Assembly: GCA_965112735.1 (NCBI GenBank)
Contig: OZ218960.1
Span: 3,038,001 to 3,102,000 of the forward strand
DNA from: Phaeosaccion multiseriatum
Taxonomy: Eukaryota > Protista > Ochrophyta, other classes
Reading direction: 5' to 3'
DNA length: 64,000 nucleotides
Made by a program: the position numbers and the translations under genes. The notes beneath the pieces are model-generated. The model saw nothing but the letters and a program-made list of their open reading frames with translations. It made no database searches and was not told the DNA's origin. Each line of letters opens with the position of its first letter. The first letter of the stretch is position 1. Below are positions 22,341 through 35,109 of this stretch, piece after piece.

Positions 22341-25300
22341 TCAGGAGGTGGCGACAAGGCTGGGGTGGTCCTCCTCCTTGGTCTGGAAGAAGGCGATCGG
22401 GGCTCCTCCAAGTGTGCACCCTGCCATCTCTGCTTGGAACTTGGCATCGAAGGCCTCCCCCACTTCTGCCGTCATGTGTCTACGCCAGTCGCCAACTGAG
22501 CCTGGGAGGGAGAGAGTGAGAGAGGCAGACGGACAGAAAGATAGACGCCATAAGGAGGAGGAGGAGGAGGAGGAGGAGGAGGAGGAGGAGGAGGAGGGGG
22601 ATGGGGGGGGGCAGGAGAACAGGAGCCACAGATGACAACGGCGAAAGCAAGCAGGAAGACGAGAAGGCAAGGCGAGAATGAGCCATCAGGAGGGAAAGGG
22701 GGGAGTACGTACGAATACGTAAAAGTGAGTGCCCTCCCTCCCTCCCTGCCTGCCTGCCTGCCAGCCTCACCTTTCCTCATGTGCGAGGCGCATTCAGCTG
22801 CGTCCCTCATGCCCTCAAAGTCCGAGCCCCGCACGCACTTGCGCAACACCTCCTCATCCGCATCGTCTCCGCCATCTGTGATGAAGCGCGCTACCTCCCG
22901 TACCATGGACAGAGGATCACGCTTCCCGTCCTCGTACCTTTGGGGGGCGGGCAGGCAGAGGGCACACAGAGGGCAGAGACAGGGGCAGACAGGGGGGGCA
23001 CAGAGGGTAGAAATATGAGGACGAGAGAGGCAAAGGAGTAAGGAGATCATGCTTTCCCTCCCTCCCTCCCTCCTTCCCCCATCCCTCCTTCCCTCTCTCC
23101 CTCCTTCCCTCCCTCCCTCCCTCCCTCCTTCCCTCCCCCACCTAAGGACAAGGACATTGTTGGGGACCCTTTCGGCGGCTTCGCACCAGGCGCGAGCGTG
23201 ATGAAACCAAGAGCCGAAGACGCTGAAACCGCCGAGGAATTGCTTGGCCCACACGGTGAAGGGTGGCAAACCCCCCTTGTAAAAATTCTTGGCAAAGTGG
23301 TAGTATCCTTAGCATGATTCACAGATGGGGGGGGGACAGGGGGGGAGAGCGAGGGTGAGTGCGTGTGTGGGAGAGGGAGGGAGGAAGGGAAAGGCGGAGA
23401 GACAGAGAGGGAGATGACAAGGCGGGACAGGAAGCGAGAAGGCAAAGAGATTGAGAGTGAGAGATAGGGAGGGGGGGAGCGGGCAGAGGGAGGGCAAGAG
23501 AAGAGCAAGAGAGAGAGAGTCTAGGGAAAGACAAGAGAGAGAGATGATGATGCGATGGCCCGTCAGAGTTTGAAACGCTTGAAGGGATGTGAAGGTGAGC
23601 ACACCTGAAACGCATGCGTCCTTGGGGTTACGTAAGATGACAACAATCTTGAGGGAGGGGGGGAGGGGGGGAAGGTCCTTGCGAGCCATCTGTAGAGCGA
23701 AGAGAGAAGGGACAAGGAGGGGGGGGGGGGGGACAGAGGTCGTGATGAGGGGGGAGGAGGAGGAGGAGGAGGAGGAGGAGGAGGAGGAGGAGGTGGAGGG
23801 GGAGGAGGAGGAGGAGGGGGATGAGGAAGAGGAGGAGAGAGAGGAGGAGGGGGAGGAGGAGGAGGGGGATGAGGAGGAGGAGGAGAGGGAGGAGGAGGGG
23901 GACGAGGAGGAGGAGGAGGAGGAGGAGGAGGAGGAGGAGGAGGAGGAGGAGGAGGAGGGGGGGGGGAGAAAAGGAGGAGCAGGAGGAGGAGGAGCAGGAG
24001 GAGGAGGAGGACAGAGGGGGGAGGGCACTCAATCACTCACGTGCTGTTTGGCCTCCCCGCAGCCGACAATCAGGTGTGGCATTGCGTGTGTTTTGATGAC
24101 ACGCCGCCCCTGCAGAGCAGCGAACTCGGCCAGCGTCACGGGCTCAAACTTAGGGAGGAGGGCAGGGCAGGGCGGGGGAGGGCAGGGCTATTTATTGACT
24201 TATGGAGGCAGGGCAGGGCTATTTATTGACTTAGGGAGGAGGGCAGGGCAGGGGAGGCACATGGAAGTCAAGTAAGTGTGTGTGTGCGTGTGCGTGTATT
24301 TGCGTGTATTTGCGTGTGTATGTATGTATGTATGTATGTATGTATGTATGTATGTATGTACGTGTGTGTGCGTGTGCGTATGTATGTATGTATGTATGTA
24401 TGTGTGTGTGTTGTGTGTATGTGTGCGTGTGCGTGTACTTGTGTGTGTATGCATGTATGTATGTATGTATGTGTGTGTGTGTGCGTGTGTGTATGTGCTA
24501 TATACATATACGTACAGGAAATGTGCATACCTCTCCTTGTTTGCGTTCTTTCCCTCCTCCCCCATCTCCTTCCGTAGCCGTGGAGCCACCGGCCTCCTTC
24601 TCGCCACCCTCGCCACCCTCGCCACCCCCCATTGTCATTGTCGGCGTCTTGTCCTGGACCAAACACGCCTCTGGCCAAATCTTCCCCACCCCACCTCGAC
24701 CTAGGGGGGACACACAAATGGCATACATGAACACACAAATGGCACACATGGCATGGAGGACGAGTAGGGAGGCGATCGAATCGAAGGGTGTTAGAGCCAT
24801 ACACACACACCAATGACAGCAGAGGGATACAAGGAGGACGAAGGGGGAGGGAAGGGCTATTTAAAGAATTAGGGCGGGAGGGAAGGGCTATGTATTGACT
24901 TAGGGAGGGAGGGCAGGGAGGCGAGGGAAGCGATGGAGGGAGTGTAGAACGTGAGGTGTGGGTGCGGTGGGGGTGCGGTTTCTGCCTTGCCTGGGACGAT
25001 TGCGTTCTTGCAGCGCGGATTCAGGCCCTCTGCGCTTCCCTTGTTGAGTACCAGCAGCACCATCTGCTCCATCCATGTTGTGCCGCACTGGCCATGGCGA
25101 CAACAGATGGCGACAACAGGGGTAAGGAGAGTGCATGGTGGATGAGGGGGGGGGGGGTAATGGATGGGAAAAGCAGTCGTCTTTGCAGTACAACGACAGC
25201 GACTGCGCGGGGCAAACAGGCTGAAGCCTTCAACCATCCCACTTGCTAAGCCAACCCCCTCCGCCCCCAGTGCTACTAGTACTTCTAGGAGAGGAGGAGA

Positions 25301-25826
25301 GGAGGAGGGGAGGAGGAGGAGGAGGAGGAGGAGGAGGAGGAGGAGGAGGAGGAGGAGGAGGAGGAGGAGGAGGAGGAGGAGGAGGAGGAGGAGGAGGAGG
25401 AGGAGGAGGAGGAGGAGGAGGAGGAGGAGGAGGAGGAGGAGGTGGTGGTGGTGGTGGTGACATGGGGTACATAGGAATCGCATTACCTACCTTGGGGTAG
25501 GCGCTGACCACGATGTCCCCTTGCCTGAAGAGCACCTCCTTGCGCATCCAGTCGAAACGAGTCTGGTTGATAAAGGCAGGGCTCACCAGGCCCTCCACCA
25601 TGCACATGGGAGAGAACTCATATTCTCTCACACTTTCTCCGTTGTTGTCTCTTGCTCGCGTCTGCAGAAGCGGACTTTCTGGTGGGGGATTGGCCGCCTG
25701 CCGGTCGCCGTTGCTGACGATGAGGGCGGATGGATCTTCGGCCGAAAGGAAGCAGGTCCAGTCGTGGAGGGAAGAGACGGAGTCCTCAACGAGGGAAGAG
25801 AGAGACCTTCCAGCAGGGGAGGCCAT
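22341..25826 (-). CDS. Cytosolic-type sulfotransferase (Sulfotransfer_1 family), 8 exons
   Basis: Exons: 25826-25491, 25087-24991, 24700-24531, 24148-24041, 23689-23605, 23307-23142, 22937-22771, 22501-22341. Motifs: DIVVSAYPKCGTTW (5'-PSB), IKTH, LRNPKDACVSGYYH (3'-PB), GSWFHH, RYED, RKGSVGDW. Confidence 0.92.
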
Positions 25827-26952
25827 CTGCTCTTCGCTTCTCTTCGCTTCTCTTCTCTTCTCTCACTCTCTCGCTCTCCTCCTCTCTCACTCTATTTTCC
25901 TCTCTCCCTTTCGCTCTCCTCCTCCCCCTCCCCCTCCTCGCCCCCTTTCCCTCTCTCTGTGTGTGCGTCTCTCTGTCTCCCTCTCTCTGTGTCTTTACCT
26001 CCCTCTCTCTCTCTTCACGCACTTTCTTTTTCTGGAGGCGTCTTCAATTCTCCTCCCTGTCGTTCTGTCTGTCTATGCGTGGCTGAAGCCCCTCTCTCCA
26101 AGGAAAGAAGTGGGTACTGCCGTGCTGTGCTCTACTGATATTGCTTCTGCTGTTCGCTGCTTTTGTGCCGGATGGTTTTCTTATAAATGGGGCGACTCCT
26201 TCCTCCCGCCTTTCCCCTCCCCATCTGTGATTCCTGGAGCACCAATACGCACACGAAATCAAATGCCCCCCGTACGGCAATGGATAATCAGCAATGATGG
26301 AGGCCTCTGGAGACTCTGGGGCCTTCATTTGTTTCCCATGGGGGCCCAAGGGGCCTCAGCGCTGAGCTTTTACACCTAAAATTTAATTACTGCTACAGAG
26401 ACTCTCGGAGGGAGGGCTAGCCGCACGAAGCCAGCTGTGAGTTTGGGTGGAGTACCAACACGCCTCTACCCACATGATTCTACCCATATGCCTCTGCCCA
26501 TATGCATCTGTCGATATTCCTCCGCGGAGGCCTCCCAACATGCGCAGCCGGGGGCAGGAAGGGCCTCTTCAAGAAGGTTAGCAGCAGATGGCCAACCTCC
26601 TGCTCTGCTCGTGTGCCGGAAGCTTCATCGACGAGTGACGAGAGTGATGACGGCTTGGTATCTCTCCACCTACCTCGGGCTTCCTGTGCTCTCCGACTCC
26701 ATCACTCTTCGCCTCTCCCGTTCTCTCCCCGAGGCCCACAGGAGCCCCACACTCGCACTTCAAAACTCGAGGGGGTGTCGCTCTCGACTGGTGAGCTTGC
26801 ACAGAGGTATTATACAAGCCCACACGCACGGAATGGAGGCGTGAGGGGTAGGAAGTTTCAGAGAACTGAAAGGTTCGTTTGGTCATGTATTGATAGATAT
26901 AGTCATGGATAGAGAGCTAGCGAAAGCCAGCGCCAAATGCGCGGCCTGAGCT

Positions 26953-28229
26953 CTAGTGGGACGAGCCAGAGGAGGAGCTGCTGCTGCCGCTGCTGCCGGA
27001 GGACGAGGACGAGGAGGAGCCATAGCTACCACTGAGGTGATACGCCACAGTCTGGCCGCAGATGGAGTAGTAGAAGTGGCAGTACATGTTCTCCTTCTCG
27101 GGCCACTTGGGCTCCCAGTAGCGGTAGAAGGGGCTGCTGCTGCTGGACGAGCCGGACGACGAGCCGCTGCCAGAAGACGAGCCATGGCCAGAGAAGGAGC
27201 CTGAACCGGAGCCCGAGGAGAAGGATGACCCAGAGGAGTCGCCGGAGGAGGAGGAGGTGGTGAGCTTGCGGGCGGGGCAAGGAGGGCACTCGCCCGTCTC
27301 GCGGTGGAAGGCCTCGCCCTCTTCGGTCAGCAGGTGGCGCCCGGGGCTGTCCTCCTCGGGGAAGCACTCCGTGCCGCACAGCTCGCGGTTATGGTCGCCG
27401 CTGGAAGACGAAGACGAGGAGGAAGAGCCGCCGCTGGAGGACGAGCCGGAGGACGAGAATCCGTGGGGGCCCTTTGAGAAGATCCAGGGGTGGTAGTAGG
27501 GATGGTAGTAGTCCATGCAGTGGTCCTTGTAGTAGGGCAAGTAGCTGTGGCAGTAGTCCATGCCGTACATGGGGAAGTCCTTCTGCTTGCAGTAATGCTG
27601 GCGAGCGAGCAAGCGGGGGAGGGGGGTCGCAGAAGGGGTCGCTGAGTCTCAAGGCCGGTGCAAATGCAGTCTGGATGCTCTGTCTTAATCACTCGCTCGC
27701 TCGCTCGCTCATGCTCACTCACTCACTCACCGTGCAAGTGTGGTCCGGGTCTTCGAACACGTACTCCTCGTGCCACTTGGGCTCCTTGAAAAGTCGAGCC
27801 ATGGGACAGGCGAGGAACTAGTTAGTACTTTGTAGGCGAAGTGATTGATCAACGTTGCTGGAGAAGGCCAAACTCTTCAGTGCTCTTGCTTACCGGGACT
27901 TTGTAGAGCCACTTGCCGTGGTCATCCTTGATCCAGCGGGGGTGGAGCTTGATATCGTCATAGTCCAGGTGCTTGCCGCCGTGGACGGGGTAGATGCCTC
28001 CATGCGATCCCGAGGAGGAGCCCGAGGATGAGGACGATGAGCCGCCCCTGCTCCCGGAGGAGCCGCTGAAACCCTTCGGGAAGTACGCGGGGTAGCTCCC
28101 ACTGCCGGAGGAGCCGCTGCTGCTCTTGCTGCTACTCCCGGTGAGCTCACGGTCATCCGCCTGCTCGAGGGAGAGGCCTGGGGCGGCGAGGCATGACACC
28201 AGGAGGAGGGTAGCGAGGAAAGCGCGCAT
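26953..28229 (-). CDS. Secreted Ser/Gly-rich, Tyr/His/Cys-rich precursor with signal peptide and four RXL motifs (~355 aa), 3 exons
   Basis: Exons 28229-27894, 27817-27731 and 27597-26953 join in phase 0 through GT-AG introns. The N-terminus MRAFLATLLLVSCLAAPGLS is signal-peptide-like. Strong C/G third-position bias. RXL motifs: DREL, NREL, GRHL, ARKL. Confidence 0.8.
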
Positions 28230-29349
28230 GATGATCGACTCGGATGCGAAGCGCTGTGTGGGAATAGTTGTGAAGGCTGTGCCAGCTCCCTCCCCGCTAA
28301 CAGCATGGAAGCTTTTAATGCGAGTTACAAAAGCACTCTCGCGCCAAAGAACAGAGCCCAACTGCCAAGGGCAACAGGGGCCAGGAAATTCAAACTCACG
28401 TTTGCGTATGCCGAGCTGAGAAGGAACCCTGAGTTTATAAAGTTCACAGGACAGACGACAAGCAGGCCACCCTGCTGCTTTGTTTGTATACCGCTTGTGT
28501 ACTGCTGATCTTGGGGTGTGAGGGAGGAGAAGAGCACACGAAAACAAGCTCATTTCATCCCATGTCAATTAATCCCAGGGGGTGCTGATCCAATGAATCC
28601 AAACCCAGTCAGCGCCGCTCTCTCTCGCTTATGCAACCTGCCTACTCAGAGCAGGCCCTCTGTAGCGCACATGAATCCTGCCCTGCCCACCGCCACTGCA
28701 AGCACCTCCTCTCTCTCACTGTCCATCCCACCGGCACTGGCAAGCCCTCCTCTCTCTCGCTGTCCGACCAGCGACGTCTGTAACTGAAGGGAGGAGAGAG
28801 GAGGTGCTTGCAGGAAGAGGGGAGAGGCTTGGAGGTGAAGCAAAGTCAAGGTGAAGACGAGTGAAACCTTCGACGTTAGCCTTGTTGATGATGGCGTTGG
28901 CCCTGATGAGATCAGATCTCACTACTTTTATCTGAACTAACGTATAATATTTTCCATGCTTGCTCTTCTTCTCTCTCTTTGCAACACCAGCGAGAAATTG
29001 ATTGTGTTTCCTCTCCCTCCCCCTCCCCTACTGCCTACTGCCCTCGGACGGGCGGTTCGGAGCGCTGTCGGGTGATTCCCTTCTGAATCGCTCCTCGATC
29101 GATCGCGCATGGTCTGCGAGTCCTGATAAAAACTCTCCTCGTCAGCAGCCCGGCCCGCACACCGCACAGATGTGTGTGTGTGTGCTGCCCGAAGCATCCC
29201 CACTCAGAAGACTCAATGTGTCGGTCCAAGCTTCCACGCGCAGCAAAAGGGGTCCTGCGGTGCTGTATGCCATTCCCCGCTTCGCTCCCACCGCTCCACT
29301 CTCTGCTGCCGGACGCGGCGGCCTCGAAGGTGCCAGTCCTCCCCTTTAG

Positions 29350-32206
29350 CTACGCACTCATAACCCCCCCGCCCTCCCTCTGGCGTTTCAGAATCCCGTC
29401 AATCTGCCTCAGAAAGATGCCCTCGGCAAACGCAGTGTGCGTCGCGGTTACTGCGCACCCCCCCCCCTCTACTCGCTGCCCTCCTCCTTCTTCTCGGCCC
29501 CCATCATTGCCAGTCTTTTCCACCACTGCCAAGGCGTTCAAGTCGTGACACAGCCTCGTCAGACGACGGTAAATCACGGCATTCAGACTCCCCTTCGTCC
29601 TGAACAGCTCAAGGTTCATGGCCTGAATCTCAGGGTCTCCCCCGGGGGGGCTTCCCTTGCCTGCTCCTCCTCCCGAGGGACCCTCCTCCCCCTCCTCGTC
29701 CTCGTCCTCGTCCAAGAGAGCTTCGAGACTAATCAGGACCGTCTGGTAAAAGTCGCGCACCGCCACCACCTTCTTGTGACCATGGGCTGCCATCTCGCTC
29801 ACCTTTTGCAGGTGCTCGCTACACAAGGTCTTCATCTGTTCGTTCACCTCGTCGTTCCACCTCGCCCTCGCCTCTTCCCGTTGTAAGCGCCCCTTGAGCT
29901 GCTCCAGATCGGCTGCTGAATGCCGAGGCGGGCGTCGCGGTGGGGCGACGGAGGATGGGGACGAGAACGGGGACGTGGTTGCCGCTGAAAGGGCTCCCAT
30001 ACGAGTGGTCGCCAGACTTGTCGCCGGAGTGGTGAGGAGGCCCTGTGACGACGACGACACCGATCGAGGCAAAGGTAGGGGCGTAGCGGGCGTCTCGCTC
30101 TCGCTCAGCTTCATCCTCTTTGCGGTCGGGGGCGCTCCTCCTCCTCCTCCTCCTCCTCCTCCTCCTCCTCCTCCTCTGCTTGCCACCTCAGCGCAACCCT
30201 GGCGAGCATCACACTCATTCCCGACTGCGTCGTCCTCGGGTTGGCTGCTCCACCCTCCATCCTCGGCACCTCTCTTGTAGAACATGGGGGACGGGTGCTC
30301 TGTCGTCTCCGCGGCTCTCTGCGCCGTACACCGCTCCTCCTCGCCGGACTGGCCCTCCGTACTCTCCCCTTGTTCGGAGAGGCTCCGCGGCTCCTCCTCT
30401 CGCTCTTCCACCGCCTCTGCTGCTACGTCCAAAGCAGCAATAGCAGCAGGAGGAGAGGAGGCCCCACAAGCAGCAGAAGCGGAGCGGCTGTGATCCTCCG
30501 CGTCGGAGACCGAAGACGCCAACGACGACGAGGAAGACATTGATTCGGTCACGGTCACGCTCTCAGTCTCTTCCGAGGTCACGTCCTCCCTCTCCCTCTC
30601 TCCCTCCCCAACCCTCATCATCCTTCGCCTGGCGAGGATGACCATGAACTCAATCTCGTAACCCACCGCAAAGTGCACCATCTTGTGAGGCTCCTCTGCA
30701 AGCAGGGCGGTCACTTTGTCGCCGATCTGCGGCACGTTACGCCTTAAGTCGTCCATATAGTTACGGAGCTCGGGCTCGGTTAGAGCGTCCAGCTAAGAGG
30801 AAGAGCAAGAGAAAGAGGAGGCATGTGTAGGCATATGGGGGAAGGGGGGGTTGGGGTGGTTGGGGGTGGGCGAGGCGATCTTACTTGCGTAAGGGGCACG
30901 GGAACAAGAGACAGGGGAAGGAGCCTCTGCCTGTCGGCCTTACACAGCGTCCAACGGTCTCCACATCTTAGGAGGTACGTAGTACATAGCGCAGACCCTG
31001 CCCCCCCCGTCAGTCCACTGCCATCCACTGCCATCCACTGCCATCCACTGCCATCCGCACCTGCTGCATCTTGCTCTCGGCCTCCCCCAGGACCTGCTCC
31101 AGCAGCCCCGGGGGGTGGAGCACGCTCTCCATGACCTCCTTAAGACCCGGACAGCGCAACAACAGAGCGCTGAGGCGAGTGTGCACAGCGGGAGACACGC
31201 CCTCCCACTGCTGTTGTACTCCCAACTGCTGCTGCTGCTGCTGCTGGTGCTGCGGCTGCTGGTGCTGGTGCTGTTGCTGGTGCTGCTGCTGCTGCTGCTG
31301 CGGCTGGTGCACCACCAATTGCTGCTCGTGCTCAGGGAGTCGGTCACGCTCAAGCACCTCCTCGGCCCGGATGCGCCCCTCCCCCGTCGCTACCTCCTCC
31401 TCCTGGTCAGAAGGAGGAGCGAGAGATACCCCAGAGGAGGAGCTGCCGCGCTCATCAGCGCCCCAGACGGGAGACACCGACGACGAACTAGACGTGCCCC
31501 CCGTGTCTGCTGCCTCCCCTCCCCCCCTTCTGCTTGCCCCCCCTGCTGTCGCTCCTCCACCCGCCACTCCGGCGCTGTGGCGTGCGGCCATGATGAGCGT
31601 AGAGCCCACTTCGTAAGCAACGGCAAAGCTCGCCATAGAGGGCCCCGAGTGAATGTTCGACGCAAGCATGCCCTCCGCCATGGTCTTGATCTCGGGGCGC
31701 TTCTCTGTCAAGTTGAGCACGTATTTGCGGAGATCGGACTCGGGCATAGCGTCCAGCTAAGAGAGGCCAAGCGGGAGGGAGGGAGGGAGGGAGGGAGGGA
31801 GGGAGGGAGGGAGGGAGGGAGGGAGGGAGGAAGGAAGGAAGGGAGGGAGGGAGGGAGGGAGGGAGGGAGGGAGGGAGGGAGGAAGTGAGGGAGGGAGGGA
31901 GGGAGGGAGGGAGGGAGGGAGGGAGGGAGGGAGGAAGGAAGGAAGGAAGGGAGGGAGGGAGGGAGGGAGGGAGGGAGGGAGGGAGGGAGGGAGGAAGTGA
32001 GGGAGGGAGGGGAAGGAGGTGGACACCTAAGTGGAGGCAGGGAAGAAAGGGGAGGACTTGAAATGTCCTCACAACACCGCACTTGCTCGTCGTCTTTCGT
32101 CCTTCCCCCTCTTCACCCGCCCCTCTCCCTCGCTCGCTCACTCTTGGTCGAGTCGTGGCCAAGAAAGGACACCCATCCATCCTCCTAATCCGTTACAGCT
32201 ATCCCG

Positions 32207-32237
<31 letters not shown>

Positions 32238-32438
32238 CCTCCTCCAAGCCATGCTGCTTATCACTCAACGCACCATTTCGAACAACTTCTCCGCCATGTC
32301 GAGGCCCTCCTCCAGCGCTGCATCGCTCGCCTTCTGGATGGACGCTTGTAGACTCGGACACCGCTGCAAGAGCGCAGAGATGCGAGCGCCATGCGGTTGC
32401 TGCTCCTGCTGCTGCTGCTGCTGCTGCGGCTGCTCCTC

Positions 32439-32484
<46 letters not shown>

Positions 32485-35109
32485 TGCTGGGATGGTCGAG
32501 TGGCCGCGCCAGGTGGTGCTTCGGAGAGGCCTCTCCGCCCCTCTCTTGCAGTCTCTCCCACTGCCCCCACCGCAGAAGGAAGAGGCGACGGAGAGGGTCT
32601 ATCCGCGCCGAAGGACTGAGTAGAGGAAGGCTGAATAGAGGACTGAGTAGTGGAAGGAAGCTGAGTAGAGGAAGAGGCGGGGGCTGCGTTGGGGGCGCTC
32701 CGAGCGGTCGCCGTGTTGTCTCCCTCTCCCTCCACTTGTTGCCGGTTTCCCTCTTCCCCCTCCTCCTCCTTCTCCCCAACCTTGGCCTGGCGGGCGGCGA
32801 AGATGGCATTGTAATGGACTTCGTACGATACCGCAAAGTTGATCATGTCGGCGGCGCTCTTGCTGAGCATGTCTTTGACGATATGAACGATGGTGCGGTA
32901 CTTGTCAGCTAGCCTCGACACGTAGGCGCGGAGGTCGACTTCGGTCATAGAGGATAGCTGCAGGGGCAGTGACAGACAGGGCATCAGAAAGAGACGAGAG
33001 AGAGAGAGAGAGAGAGATATGTATAGAAGAGGGGAGGAAGAGGAGACAGGAGGGAGGGAGGGAGGAGGGGAGGGGGGGGGACGTGGCAGTGGATGGGGGG
33101 CATGAGGTGTGTGTGTGGAGCCATGATTTGGACGCTCCACCTTGGGAAGTCCGAGGACAATGGGCAGCCAGCGATCCGATGCGATCCCGACCAGTTCTCG
33201 CACTCTTCCTCGCCCTCCTCTCCCCCCGGTATATAAGATGCGTTCCCTAGTATCTATCTACTGTATTGAAACGGTCAGGACCCCTCCCCCCCCCCTCAAT
33301 CACTCACAAGTGTCAGGACTGACCCCACACCCCGCTGACTCATACCCCACGCCCCGCTGACTCACACCCAATGTCTCTGCCTTCTGAGGCGACCGCCACC
33401 CTCTCCTCTCCACCCCTCTCCTCTGCTCTGCTTGTCTTCCCTTCGCTTCTCCCCACGACTGCGACGCACCTCCTCGACCTTCCTCTCGGCGAAGGTCACG
33501 GCCTCCTCCAGCAGTGTGGGAGTGAGGTGCGTGTCAGCAAAGGGTACACGAAGACTGGGGCAGCGAACAACAAGACGATTCTGGCGAGCGATGAGCTCAG
33601 AAGAAGGGCAAGGTCCTGGGCCTGCCAACCGCTCTGTGGCAGTGCCTTGTGTTGTCGTTGTTGTTGTTGTTGTTGTCGTTGCTGTTGCTGCTGCTGCTGC
33701 TGCTGCTGCTGGTGGTGGTGGTGGTAGTGCTGCTGCGGGTGAGGACGATTTGGCTTCCGCCCTTAACCGCTCTCGCTTCTGCAGCAAGGAAGCGAGCGTT
33801 ACTCTGTTCCGGGCAGTCACAGGGCACGTCTTGCCTCCCAGCCGCACGTGCTCCTCCACGCACTTTTTCGAGCAGAAGCAAAAGCCACACCCGCACGGGC
33901 ACTGCTTCTCCGGGCTCGCGAAGAAGGCGATGGCATGGGTTAAGGGCTTCTGCCCGATATTGAAGCAGTGTTCCTTCATGCAGCACCTTGCCCTGACGGA
34001 GGAGGGATACTTGTTCTTATCCCTGCGCGCTGCGCTGGCCGCGGGCTTATGGACGGGCTGAGCCGCCGGTGGCCCCTCTGCAGGACCTCCTCTTCCTCCT
34101 CCTCCTCCTCCTCCTCCTCCTCCTCCTCCTCCTCCTCCTCCTCCTCCTTCTTCTTCTTCTTCTTCTTCTTCTTCTCCTTCTCCTCCTCCTGCTGCTGCTC
34201 CTCCTCTTCCTCCTCCTTCTCCTCCTCCTCCTGCTGCTGCTGCTGTTGCTGCTGCTGGTGGTGCTGCTGCTGCTCCCACTGCGCTCTCTGCAGCAGGTGC
34301 TGCTGCGGCCACCTGCGTGCCTTCTGCAGGAGCCACCGCTGCTACTGCTACTCCTTCCGCCGCAGGCTTCTCGCCTCCGTCCATGATGGCGCCGACAGGA
34401 GGTATGAGGGTGCTCCCCATGACGTTGGCGCCGCTGTCCCCCCCCACACTTCCCCTAACCTCGGCAGCCTCCCTCTCCTCCGTGGCCAAGTCCTTCACGA
34501 CCTGGTGGGGGCTCAGGTCCAGCGCATCGAGCCATTCCCGCGGGCAGCACTGTAGCAGCTTACCCTTCCAGCAGAGCAGCCTCCAAAGCCGCTCACTACG
34601 GCCGTAGTCGTCCGCAGGAGTAGGCTCCATGGCCTGCGAGCGGAAGGCGCTGAACAAGTGCGCCTTCCTCTCCGCCGTGACCCCGTAGTGCAGGATGAGG
34701 ATCCTCGCGGAATCTTCCTGGCGGTTCGTCACAGCCCCCTCCAGCACCGCATCCATTGGCCTGGGAGGGTGCAAGAGGAGGAGCAGAGAGAGTGAGAGCG
34801 GAGGGTGTGAACCAGCAAGCAGAGAGAGAGAGGGAGAGCGAGAGAGAGGGAGGCGGGTTAGCATGCCCACCCGTTTCATGTCAGCCTTCAACCGGAATGA
34901 TCAAGGACCTCCGAGCTGTTGGGGCGCAGATAGCTTGACCCCCCTCAATTTATGCGGCACAGGACGTACCATCCCTTGGCGTGCAGACCCTCTAGTAAGG
35001 AGATGGACAGAGAAGAAGATCGTACGCGACGATCATACTCCGTCTGCTGCGTCGGCGACGAGTCCCTGTACAGAGGAAGGTTGCTGACCCATGCTGTCTC
35101 CGACTCCAT
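29350..35109 (-). CDS. Uncharacterised protein with a MYND-like Cys/His finger and three tandem copies of an unknown domain
   Basis: Exons: 35109-34970, 34760-33470, 33257-33141, 32957-32274, 31756-31061, 30938-30885, 30792-29350 (a small extra exon in 32273-31757 is possible). Finger: CCMKEHC..CPCGCGFCFCSKKCVEEH..C. Repeated RCP box and LxxxxExxLRxY..FAVxYE box. NLS-like PTAKRMK. Confidence 0.65.

Noticed and set aside
26437-26844. Plus-strand ORF with GTGAGT and CCCATATGCC words
   Set aside because: No recognisable product and no clear acceptor; insufficient support for a gene.
28130-28160. Oomycete RXLR-dEER effector interpretation
   Set aside because: The motifs are RXL followed by T, C or L, are repeated internally, and lack the fourth Arg and the dEER motif.
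22341-28229. Functional link between the sulfotransferase and the adjacent RXL protein
   Set aside because: The enzyme appears cytosolic (no obvious TM anchor), so it is unlikely to meet a secreted substrate. Adjacency in a eukaryote is weak evidence.
28716-29349. Short minus-strand ORFs downstream of the repeat-domain gene as extra exons
   Set aside because: I found no convincing in-phase splice sites and no recognisable homology; left unresolved.
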